A DNA stretch of 63,218 nt, filler included, from Kipferlia bialata (Eukaryota): NCBI GenBank assembly GCA_003568945.1. It is 5 parts of 5 records of this genome, joined end to end, with 100 filler letters (N's around TTAATTAATTAA, not from the genome) between each part and the next. Parts side by side here need not be neighbours in the genome. Positions count along the whole stretch, not along the records: positions 36,564 to 54,720 come from BDIP01000490.1; 4 more parts are not named here. One strand, 5' to 3'. Position 1 is the stretch's first letter. Every line of letters begins with the position of its first letter. Positions 36,708 to 49,213 of the stretch are shown here, piece after piece. The translations under genes were made by a program, and so were the position numbers. The notes under the pieces were generated by a model, which had not been told where the DNA came from, did no database searches, and saw nothing but the letters and a program-made list of their open reading frames with translations.

Positions 36708-39700
36708 GTGTGCGGGTGCTGTCTTCCACAGGGTCAGTGATCAGATGAGGAGCACAGAGGTACGATGGATACTGTGTGTGATATATATATGGTATATTGT
36801 TATACAAGGCGCTGTATGTAATAAGGCTATATATATATATATATATATATAAGGTGACCAGATGAGGAGCACAGAGGTATGGCGCATACTGTATATGTTT
36901 TAATAGTAGTATTTATATAGTCGATATATAGCGCCTGATCTTCATCGAGAGATTGTATTCTTTTGGTCCATTGATGACTGTTCATATTCGTACATCACTC
37001 ATCTCTAATTGTCAGGGCCCCATGGACGATGACCTTACCCAGGACAGCTCCCTTATACTGTGGCACTTCTTGGGTATGTTCATATGTTAGAGTATATGTG
37101 TATATTCTATTATTATATATATACTATTAGTATTTCTATATACATGAATTAGCTCCATCATACTGTGACACTTCCTGGGTATGTGTGTGTTTGATACCAT
37201 ATATATACCATATATTCTTTATGTTACTGATAATCATTGTATATACTAACACTCAGGTCAGAGTGCCCGTGACGTGTGTGAGTCCTTGTATGAATGTATA
37301 ATGTAATGTATAATAGTGTATATGTATATATATATATGTGAATATATACACAGCCTTCTCACTCCCAGGCCAGAGTGCCCGTGACGTGTGTGTGTCCCTG
37401 TTGTCCAGGGGTGCAGACTCATTCATACCAGACAACGCAGGCCTCACACCTCGGTACGGGAGGGATTCATTTGCTTCGCATTTATGCTACATTACCTTCA
37501 ATTGATATATACAATTCAATGTTGGTACAGATACTGACTCCCAGTGACTATGTTGTCCTCTTCCTCAAGGGTCAGCGGCTTCTATCAGGACCAGACTTCG
37601 AAAACCAGGTATATATGCATGTATATATATCAAAGTATATATAGAGAGAGAGAAAGACAGAGAGAGGGGGGGGGGTATACGAGGATAGCGGTTCTTCTCC
37701 TCTTCTTACCCCCAGCCCATCCCCACTGCTGACAACGAGTACTCAACCGGACAAGAACAGTCAGGTAGTGAGTAGCATTACGTTCTAGTGATACCCCAAT
37801 AAGATGGTAGTTGTGTATTTGGAACATTCAGTTGAGTTTGTGTTTGTGTCAGTACCGGTGCCAATGTGTATACGGTATTTGTATACTGTGGGATATTTGT
37901 ACCTCAATATCACTCTATTAACGTTGTTGAACCTACTACTAGAGAGACGTACGCATTGTCTCCTTCCTCACCCCAGTCAACACTGAGGCCGTGCTAGTCA
38001 GACTGTACCCTCTGCTCCTGCAGCAGAAGGGGGCCAAGAAGACATTCAAGGCAGCCGTGACTCAGGTAGGCTTCTATAATAGTATATATTTGTATATATA
38101 TACAGAGAGAGAGAGATGACATTCAAGGCAGCTGGGACACATGTAATGCTGGATACATACATTACCCCAATATTCCAACACGTGTCTCACCCAGGCCTCC
38201 AAGTACCTCCCCCACCATGTCTCCACACAAATATTCATGCTCATTTACATATATGTACTATAATAGTATGTATAGTGTATCTATCTAAGTGAGACTNNNN
38301 NNNNNNNNNNNNNNNNNNNNNNNNNNNNNNNNNNNNNNNNNNNNNNNNNNNNNNNNNNNNNNNNNNNNNNNNNNNNNNNNNNNNNNNNNNNNNNNNNNNN
38401 NNNNNNNNNNNNNNNNNNNNNNNNNNNNNNNNNNNNNNNNNNNNNNNNNNNNNNNNNNNNNNNNNNNNNNNNNNNNNNNNNNNNNNNNNNNNNNNNNNNN
38501 NNNNNNNNNNNNNNNNNNNNNNNNNNNNNNNNNNNNNNNNNNNNNNNNNNNNNNNNNNNNNNNNNNNNNNNNNNNNNNNNNNNNNNNNNNNNNNNNNNNN
38601 NNNNNNNNNNNNNNNNNNNNNNNNNNNNNNNNNNNNNNNNNNNNNNNNNNNNNNNNNNNNNNNNNNNNNNNNNNNNNNNNNNNNNNNNNNNNNNNNNNNN
38701 NNNNNNNNNNNNNNNNNNNNNNNNNNNNNNNNNNNNNNNNNNNNNNNNNNNNNNNNNNNNNNNNNNNNNNNNNNNNNNNNNNNNNNNNNNNNNNNNNNNN
38801 NNNNNNNNNNNNNNNNNNNNNNNNNNNNNNNNNNNNNNNNNNNNNNNNNNNNNNNNNNNNNNNNNNNNNNNNNNNNNNNNNNNNNNNNNNNNNNNNNNNN
38901 NNNNNNNNNNNNNNNNNNNNNNNNNNNNNNNNNNNNNNNNNNNNNNNNNNNNNNNNNNNNNNNNNNNNNNNNNNNNNNNNNNNNNNNNNNNNNNNNNNNN
39001 NNNNNNNNNNNNNNNNNNNNNNNNNNNNNNNNNNNNNNNNNNNNNNNNNNNNNNNNNNNNNNNNNNNNNNNNNNNNNNNNNNNNNNNNNNNNNNNNNNNN
39101 NNNNNNNNNNNNNNNNNNNNNNNNNNNNNNNNNNNNNNNNNNNNNNNNNNNNNNNNNNNNNNNNNNNNNNNNNNNNNNNNNNNNNNNNNNNNTACCTGCT
39201 GCACCCAGCATATCGGGCATGGGGGCCGCATTCCCACAGGTACTAATGTATATATACATATATAGGTTCATACCAATATATATGTATATATATATATATG
39301 GTGTATGACCTACCTGCTGCATTTCTGCTTGATCTACCTGCTCTACCCAGCATATCGGGCATGGGGGCAGCATTCCCACAGGTATTAAGTATTGGACATT
39401 GATTATTAATTATTACACATAGTAGATTAGAGTTATGAACAGTAATAGAGTTACGATAGTTAGGTGTATGTGACTTGTTTGTTCCATCTTAGAATGAATC
39501 TTACAACAGGCCGGCCCAGATATCCGGTCCTGTCGGGAGCGCCTGATCCCCACCCCCGAGCCAGAGATGCTCAGCACACGCACACTCAGAGGTAGGGGTG
39601 TGTATGATTCGCAGACTGCTGACTATTCATCTTTCGTTACTCACTCAGTTTCCACGTTTGAAGTGTATTCTTCTATGTCATTGTAATCAATATATATATT

Positions 39701-42700
39701 TCTAAGACTCATAACCAGCTGCCCGTCCCATAGCCCCCCTATCCCCCGGTGCAGTGGCCACCATAGCCACATACAGAGTGCGGAGGCTGATGGCACTCCC
39801 TGATAGGTATATTGTGTATAGTATATATATATGTGTGTGTGTGTGTGTATATATGTGCCACCATAGCCACGTACAGGGTGCGGAGGCTGATGGCACTGCC
39901 AGACAGGTATAAATAGTATGTATATATATATAGTACACCCAGTATATATAGATATATGATGATTGTTGTGACTTATCGATCTTACCCTTTCAGGTTCTTC
40001 AAGCCGCCCCTGGTGTCTGACGACTCCGAGTCGGAGGGAGACAGCATATACAGTTCCTACGGCACTCCTTCTAGTCCATCCAGCACCTCTAGCACACCCA
40101 GGGGTGGGAGGGGTAGGAGAGGACCCAAGGGTAGAGCGGCCCTAGGCCTTTACGTGGACTCTGAGTTTGAAGGGGAGGGAGAGAGAGAGTTTGAGAGAGA
40201 GAGAGAGTCTGATGAGAGTGGTATTGATCGTCAGAAGAGGGACTCTGGAGTGAGGCTGCTGAGTGGAAAGGTAGGGGTTGTGTCCTCGTTTGGAACAGTG
40301 AACCTTTAACTACCATATCCTACGACATGGATACATCTCGAAATGTATAACAGCAGTGATGTAATGCTGGTATATGTATTATGACTAAGTATACTTGTCA
40401 CATACTTATGTGTAGGACAGACAGGCCAGACAGTCCAAGGACATCATGCGGAGGTTCACATCAAGGTATGTGTCTTGCCATAATCGTATTTCATCTCTTA
40501 GTGACTGCATTGTGTACCTTTCCATAATAGCATACCCACAAGCCATTCGTTAGGTCCCCAGCACACTCACTTCTATTGAATCATTGATAGTGTTAACCAC
40601 TACCCCCAGAATGATCTCTGCTGCGGGTACCCCTGTCCCTGAGAATGCCATTGCATCAGATAGTGAGCTGGAGGCTAGGGCATCCAGGTATATGGGACAT
40701 ATCATACACTATAGATTGATATGTATTTACATATATACGGGTATGTCATTGCATCGGACAGTGAGCTGGAGGCTAGGGCATCCAGGTATCATAGTGTCTG
40801 GAATTAGCCTCACTGTTGTTGATGACACTGAGGTCAACGCTGGGGTATTAGTGTGATGAGTGGTGATGTTTCCTATTCCCATTCCTGTAACTGTTCACTT
40901 ATACCCAGGGTCCGTCGTGCCGAGCTCTTTGCAGCCAAGGTCCGGAACCCAGGTAAAAGAGTACAAGGAGTTCCCATATGCACGTGTTTTTAAGAGTCTA
41001 CAGTGTTTACACTCCCTCACCCTCAGGCCTAGCCTTCTGGCCCCTGGCCCCCTCGTGCTCTCTCCCAGTGGCGGAAGGGTCTGATACACCATGCTTCAGA
41101 TACAGGGTGGGTGTATGTTAAATAGATATATACACATGTATATATATATATATATATTGTGTCTCTATATTCTCTGCCCGGGCTTCCTATACAGGGTGGG
41201 TGTACATTGTATTACCTGTCCAGTCGATATATCGGATACTGTATCACATACTCCTCTGACTGGTAGGTGCGTGGCTCCACCCTTGGTGAGCAGCTGTCCC
41301 ACCTCATGAGACCAGACGGAACAGCAACAGGTATATTTATATGTGTGTATACATGTATGTATCTGTATATATATAGTCCTGGTGGGTATAGTGTATATGG
41401 TGTCCCACCTGATGAGACCAGACGGAACAGCGACAGGTATATTTATATGGGTGTATACATGTATGTATTTGTATATATATAGTCCTGNCAGGTATATTTA
41501 TATGGGTGTATACATGTATGTATTTGTATATATATAGTCCTGGTGGGTATAGTGTATATGGTGTCCCACTTGATGAGACCAGACACAACAGTACCAGGAA
41601 TACACATATTACTTAACAACTGTATATGTCGGCAATATAGTACATAGAGTATTATGTATACTTGTCTGACCTCAGGATCCTTTGGTGTAGTTGGTGTTGG
41701 ATCAGCATTCTGTGGCAGAGACTTCAAGGATGGTGAGTGTCCATCATTTACCCTTGCTATATACCCTTGCTTCCGCCATTTACTTCACCAGTCAGAGAAT
41801 GAAGATATGTCACTCTACTTCGTTGCTCTCTCCAGGTCCTGAGGCTCTCTCTAGTTAGTGTGTAGGTTACAATTGTCATTATATATATCTTACCCCAGGC
41901 CCTGACGCTCTGTCCTGGGAGGACCTCCCCGATGATGGGTGGGCAGAGGCAGACATGGAGACGGAGAGAGAGAGAGAGAGGCAGCTGGAGGAGGAGGACG
42001 CCATGGAGAGCGAGCTCGAGCGGGAGATGGAGAGAGAGATGGAGAGGGAGATGTTAGGTGGTGATCTCGGGCTCGGTGGTGACGATATTGCCTCCAACCT
42101 AGCTGCTCTCGAGCACTTTGGGGCTGATATCACGGACTCTGAGCCAGAGACCCCAGAGGGTGCAGAGGGAGAGAGCGACACCAGCAGAGAGAGGGAGAGA
42201 GAGAGAGCTGCCTCCCATGAGAGGGAGAGAGAGAGAGAGAGTAGGGCAAGGGCGTCCAGTCTCGCCAGTGAGGGGGGCTACATGAGGGACCTGGCTGCTG
42301 AGACAGACAGTGTGTCCACTCTCACCATGGCACTCGGGAAGCTCTTAGGTACGCGTATATACATATACATGTGTGTATGTGTGTGTGGTTAATTGTTTGT
42401 GCATCTCCTGTATGTATGTTTCACTGTCTCTGATACCAGGCACCGCCTTCAATGTAGGTGGTCTCCGTGCTCCCTCCAACATACCCTCCGGCCACAGGCC
42501 CCCTGGGTCTCTATTCGACTCTCTGGCATACAGTCTGGCACCTATCAGGGGTGCCATTGGAGCCCTCTCCCCCTTTGTCCCCGTTCTCCCACCCCTGCCT
42601 TTCATAGAGGGCGACACTACCTCAGTCAACGAGGGGAGGGGAGGCAACGAAGGGAGTGAGAAGGAGGCGGATACATCTCCTGCGGACGAGGATGATGGGG

Positions 42701-43068
42701 AGAGTGTCTCAACCAGTACACACGGTGCCTTCTCCGTGTACGAACCCAGGAGTGCACTGCACTGGTCTGCGGGTGAGAGAGAGAGAGAGAGGCAGAGAGA
42801 GAGGGAGAGACAGAGGGACAGGGGCGTTGGAGACATTCCAGACCTTCCCGGAGAGAGGGAGAGGGAGAGAGAGAGGCTTGTCCTGGGTATGCGCATGTTT
42901 GGTGAGGCGGAGAGGCCCAGGGGCAGGGAGAGAGTGGATGTGACGGAGAGAGAGATCCTGAGCCGGCTAGGAGCCAGGCTCGAGGGCCACCTCATGTCTG
43001 CTGTACACAGTGATACAGGCGGTATGTTCAGAGGCGGTGACTCTTCCATGTACGAGTGGATCGAATAG
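36708..43068 (+). CDS. Large multi-exon hypothetical protein with an ankyrin-like repeat and E/R-rich tracts (5' partial, spans an N gap)
   Basis: The exon at about 37370-37452 encodes RDVCVSLLSRGADSFIPDNAGLTP, matching the ankyrin pattern LLxxGAD...D..G.TP. Many further AG/GT-bounded exons end at ...SSMYEWIE* (43068). Continuity across the 38297-39191 gap is assumed. Confidence 0.55.
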
Positions 43069-43148
43069 ACAATCTCGTCAACTATCCAGCTACTCTGATC
43101 AATGTGTACAAACATCTATTCAATTGTACTATGTTTATTGACCATTGG

Positions 43149-46100
43149 TTATACTGACTCCTCTAGGTCGTATGGTGTGACATGGCTGCACCCCGGACAT
43201 CTCACTGAGCGTATACCCCTGCCATGCAGTCCTACCCCCCACTCCTCACTGTTATCCCTGGCCCTTCTCCCTATCTCTTGCCCAGCCTTAGATGCCTGAG
43301 TCATGCCTAGCTGGCTGGCCTTCTTGGTGAACTCTCTCAGCAGAGGAATCACCTATGATGTAAGTCACTCAATTGGAAAGATGTAGTGTATGGTTACCTG
43401 TGTATCTAGGTGGCACTTCTGACAGATGCAGAGTGATACCTCAGGGTCCATCCCCTGTATGCACCTGCGAATCAGACAACCATGATACTGATACTGATAT
43501 ACTGATACTCTATGCACCTGCGGAAGGGCACTATCAGCCCAGCATGTGTCTCCTGCTCCCCTGATCCCATGCCCTCCCTCATGTACTGTCTCCCAAACCT
43601 GTAGTATTAGTATCTTATTATTGTGATATTGATACTGATACTGATACAAACCTGGACGCCACTTTGAAGGGCCTTGCCGCATTACCCAGTGACGCGATCA
43701 GGAAGATAGACCTAGCAATCCCAATCTCAGCTTGGCCTGTGTTAGCAAGGACTCACTCACCAGGACTTATACAAGTATATAAATAGGATAGTACAAGTAT
43801 ATCTCTCACCCAGAGATCCCTGTGGGTCTGACAGGGCACTAGGAAGAATGGTCTGTGACCTCAGATGGTCAAGGCAGGGTTGGATGTCCCCTACCAGTCT
43901 CAGCTGGGTATGTACACTATCGATATCCGTCTCTACTAGGAGATCCCGCATGAAGGCGATGTAGGTGGCTTGTGTTGGGAACACCCTGAGCCTTGCCATC
44001 AGACCAGCAAGAAGAGAGGCTGCCTGAGTGTGAGAGTAAACGTACACCATGTTGTACATATCTGAGTAGTTATCTAGATGATTAGAGTTCTAGTTGTACA
44101 GCACTAACCTGTCTCTCCTTTGGCTTCCACCTCCCGTGTATTATAGTGACTGGGTTGTTGGTGCCGACTAGATAGTCAGTCGACAGACCAGGGTTGTCGA
44201 GGTTCTTGGCACATGCCGCAAACATCACCAGGAGCTGCATCAGTGGTGAGAGTAGAACCTTGCCCACAAAGCTCCTACGTATAGCATGTGACAGAGTAAG
44301 TGTCATCTGAAGCATGTCGAGTGTGTGTACAGAGTTGTGGAAGGGGACAGATCGGTGGAGCCTATTAGGTAAGACATATTGTATGTTGGAGAGATATGCT
44401 GAGGTACTATAAACTGTGCGATCTCGAAATAGATTCCTCCCACCTGAACATACTGAAGAGCACCCTAGCCAGTGCCCTGACTCCAATGTGCATGTGGATT
44501 GGGCATGAACCTACTAACTGGACATGTGCGTAGAGGAACAGCCATCCGAAGGAGAAGGGACCCATCTGCTCATGGAACCCATGTGCGTCGAAGGCTGTGT
44601 TGTTGAGTGACTCATCGAGTAGAGTGTGGGCAGACCAGTTCTCTGGTGTCAGACTAAGAACGCAACTGAAATATACTAGCAATATCGCTTACAGTAAAAG
44701 CAGAATCGACTTCAGCAAAAGTAATATACGTACCATGTAGATCGTGAGACTTCCTGAGGATACTGTCCACGCAGTAGTGACAGGTGTTAATGTGGTTGCT
44801 TGGAGAGAACATCCTCTCCGGAAGAGTAGGTGGGTAGTTATCCACTGGACCTCCCTCTTTAGGAAGGAAGTAAAGAGCTGGCTTTCTCCTCTGCATCCAA
44901 GGGGAGAATGGGATGGACTGCGGTTTGAGCTTACTGCGCTTGCCATTGAACTTACAGGGAGATGACCCATGCGTGGGGTTGCGACTGATGGCAGAGAGGA
45001 TCGACTCAAGAGGGTCGGTGGCCTTGATGTTGGCAGGTAGACGTTCAACGTATCCGGCAATGAGTTCTGGTTTACCGTCCTTTCCATACCGGACGACGGA
45101 CCTAGAATGGGATTTGATGGAGTGATTTACTGATGCGGGAATGGTAGTTCTATTAGAGGAGTAGTAGTACTACTCTTGTTACAATAATTGATTGTACTTA
45201 CCCTGTGTCTCGGATCCAGTAGTATATGTCCTTTGGGACACGTTGGGCATAACATACGAAGAAGGGGGTGCCAATCTCGTGGCAGTCAGCCATACACTTT
45301 GTGACCTGTGTGTTAGAATGGGAGTCTGGAAACAAGTCCAGAGACAACAATGAGGACAATACGTATGAAAGACATGATTAATGTCTCATAAATAGACTAT
45401 ACCCTGGGAATATCCATTGGGCGAATGTGTGCCGGAAATGCATAGAGTTCCTCTGTCTCAGCATCATCTCCCACAATGCCACAGAGATCACACCACTTGC
45501 GATATAGCCATGTCCTAGTGTTCTGGGCCTTGCCTAGATGTTAGTCAGACGCACAAAAGAGATATATCTGTCGCTGTATATATTGTATATACTATAGATT
45601 TTGAATACCAGTTGTGCTACTATGTCAGAGTAGACGTACCATCAACCACATTGTATGCCCAGCTGCGCACTAGAGGACGGCAGTTATCTGCTAGGTATGT
45701 GTGTCTGCACTTGGCGGGTTGTCTGTGTGTGTCTACCTCGGGCACCATTGTCACTGATCCCATCTCACCATGGCCGTGGACAGTACCGTCCTTGTCAGAT
45801 GGAGACTGAGAGGGGGCCTGGTGTTAGATTGGAAAGAACATAGTATATACATACGATGATCTTTGAGGCTGGATACCAATTCATAACACACATGCCAGTC
45901 TGCCAAGATGTACGGAGCCCTGTCTTGGTAGTCAAGCTTGGTGACTCTTGACACAGTCGGGTAGACAGGCTTGAGCGCTGAGTGGGAAGGCTCTCCAACG
46001 GCCTGCATCTCAGCACTGACCCTTGCCTGTATACCATGGAACTCCGAGTAAGACCGACCCCCTGTGGTAGCATCATGCCCATTGCGGTGCGTGTAGATAC

Positions 46101-47700
46101 ACCCGGATGCAACTGATCCCGCCAAGAGGCGAAGGTGCGTAACCAAGTGGAGGTAGACGGGATCGGCTGTCATCATCTGTAGATGAGAACATATATGCTC
46201 TAAATTATACTTTGTATAGTGCGTAGGATACAGTATACATAGTGAAGGGTGCAATGAGGTATATCGTGTAGAGCTCTACACTGTTCGAATGGTATACCTG
46301 CAACAGTGCCAGGATGTCGTCTGCCCCTGTGACAAAGACTGGGCCAGAGAAGCCAAATGCATCAGACTGCAGGAGATAGGGCATAGTCCCTGACAGAGCT
46401 GTCACTGTCATGGAAGATATGCTGTCAAGGAGTATCTGACCAAGCACTGGAGATTGTGGATATAGGCGCTTCAGCAGTGATGTGTAGGCAAGTGTGAGCA
46501 GGGATACCGGGTATACTTCGGCCTCAACACCTTCCACTCCCTCGATCTCAATTCCACTGTACAATGCATGGAGACAGAGTGTCACCATGTACTCCTCCTG
46601 TTTCGACAGGGACCACTCGTCATTCCCTACTGGGACATACGGCAGGAGAGAGTTGCACACCTCACAAGACACACCCGGACTGTGGATCTCACCTACCACA
46701 GCATTGAATATGTCCTTGAGCATATCAACTCTCAGTCTTGGGTCGGGGTGGTGCACTGTTCTGAGACGTACATACCGCCCACACTGGTGCAAGATACCGT
46801 TCATGTGTTCACATGGAGTGAACACTGGGCCAAACGATCTACCTTTGATCAGTATCAGTATCAGTACCAGTATCTAGATAGGTACAGATTGAATCTGTCA
46901 GATTTACCTTTGATGCAGAAACTGGCCATGAGGTATGCCTGCTGGGATATGAACAGTGGCGCAGTTACAGCCACCCCAGCATCGAACACCAGACAAACTA
47001 TACTTGTGACCACGGCAAGTGTGGTTGGCCCAGCTCGACCCAAGGAACAAAACGACATCAACATACACACCACTTGAGCAATGCAACAAGCCCATCCGTA
47101 CATGGGTCGGTATCCAGAACAGAATGGACCGGTACCGGTCTTGGACATCAACACAGTACGGATACTACTAGGTATTGCACAGAGTGAACCAATTAGTGAC
47201 ATCAAGGATACCAGAATATTGTAAGCCAGGGTATGCTCCACAGACTGCAGACCAGCTATAACAACAGCCCCCAACAGTAAAAGCCCATGGAGTGAGTGTG
47301 CGATGAGCATATGTCTCATATCGGTTATGCCCTTTAGGTAACTACTGTCGTTGTCAGACTGCAGTAGGAGAACCCACAGTAGCTGTCTGGAGTGCAACAG
47401 GTAGACAATGACCCCAAGAGTCATGTGTCTAGATAGTACCAACATGGGTCCTACTGTAAACAAGCACAATGCTCCCCAGGCCACAACAACTGGCTTCGAA
47501 CAGACAAACATAGTCTTTAGGAGACGGTATCAACACCCAGTACCGTTTCTATGCAGTGGTGGAGCTCACCAGTAATCGCTAGTGCTTGAGTCAAGCCTTG
47601 AATTGATAGAATAGTAGTATCACACAAACTTGATTGCCGAAACATCATGTTGAGGGTATCATTCCGATAAGACTTCAATGTGTTGAACCAGCAAGTATCA
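43149..47700 (-). CDS. Multi-pass membrane protein with degenerate class I cyclic-nucleotide phosphodiesterase domain(s); start upstream unresolved
   Basis: Several hydrophobic helices lie at 47511-46900. The C-terminal PFHNSVHTLDMLQ...FAACAKNLDNPGLSTDYLV...PKERQAA...LLVETDI...IASLGNAARPF...REGMGSGEQETHAGL...CQKCHLDT follows the PDEase_I motif order (YHN..HA.DV, HDLDHPG, LENHH, ILATD, ADISN..RP, EFF.QGD.E...GL, Q.GFID). Confidence 0.7.
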
Positions 47701-48622
47701 ATATTCCTCTATATGGGTGATCTTTACGTCTACAGTACAAATAGTGTAACATATTGCTGAGTGGGCTATTGATGTTTACCAAAACTGACATCATCACACA
47801 TACAGGAGCCTGATCCTGGCAGCTGGTGGAGTAGTGATAGAGACTGTAAGTTACAGTCTGTAAGAGAGTGAAGCTGCTTCACTGAAGCTGCTTCACTGAA
47901 GCATTGTTAGTGGTCTCAGTAACAAATCAAAGTTGTCACTCACAACCACCATTATGATGATGGTCCACTATCTTGTGAATAGGAAGAGTACCAACTCTCT
48001 GGGTTGAGAGTACTCCCTCAATGGTGACAGATTCCATTGAATGGGAAAGTTTGCAATCTTCGCTGCCTTCTTTCCACTGATTTCCAAACAGTGTGGCTGG
48101 ATATGGTGTTACACCATATTATGGTGTAGAGAATGTTTTGATGCATATCAGAACACTGTAAGTGTGCTGCCAGTCGCTTGTTAACGGAGTGTATTTATGT
48201 CTCACAGGAAACAGTACCTACACAGATGTCCACTTTACAAAACGTTAAATCTAATCAAGTGTTTGGAGAACGCTGGCACATAATGACCACACTCAATGAG
48301 GTAAGTCGGACCTACGTCGTAAGTCCCCTAGTGAGTCTCTTTATACAGCTAGGCAAAGGTGTGAGTGTAATTGATCACCCTACTTGATCATGGAAGGTTG
48401 CACCGTTGCACCCTGTTACAGGGCCTGTAGACCTGCCTTCTCTCCCTTCAAAGAGGCTTTCTCAACACGTCATGCTTCTCAGTGAGAAGTTCTCACTGTA
48501 ATGCTCCGCAGTTCGGAGCTAGAACTCTCTTACAACGCCTGAGAGACTTGGCAAGCCACTATACCCAAGTGGAAACAGTGGCCTATATACACTGAGAGAG
48601 ACAGAAAAACAGGAAGAGAGGG

Positions 48623-49178
48623 ATGCAGAGAGAGAGAAACATCAAGAAGGTAACTCTTGTTTGACCTATTTACATGTAGACGTATTGACCCTGCTACTCC
48701 GCCTTCCTGTATCATGTCTCTCACCCTAGGACAGCCGCGCTGGCGTCTCCCAGCCATCCCTCGATATTTGCCAATTGGTCCCCCTTAACTACTCCTACGA
48801 GGTCAACGGGGGCAAGCTACACTCGTTCTCCTCCCAGTAGTACGTGTGTCCTATTTCTTCCATATGTTGGAATATGTACGAGTGTGTATTTGTATATACT
48901 CAGTCAGCATCTCTCCATGCCGAGCCGGCACTAGATCTACAACAGAGTCCTATTGCCACTATGTGTACATCTACTTCACCCACAGCTGAGAGTGACTATG
49001 TATCTTTCAGCATAGGGTCCCTTACATCTGCTCACCCCTCCCCTCTCTTGTTTTAATCACCATTCAGTCCGGTATATATGTGTGCCTTACCCATAGCCAT
49101 CATGAGTCCCGTGCTCTCAACTTGCTACTTAGTGACCACGCCGTGTGCTGGTACGTCTTCCTCTCTCTCTCTTTCTCT

Positions 49179-49213
<35 letters not shown>

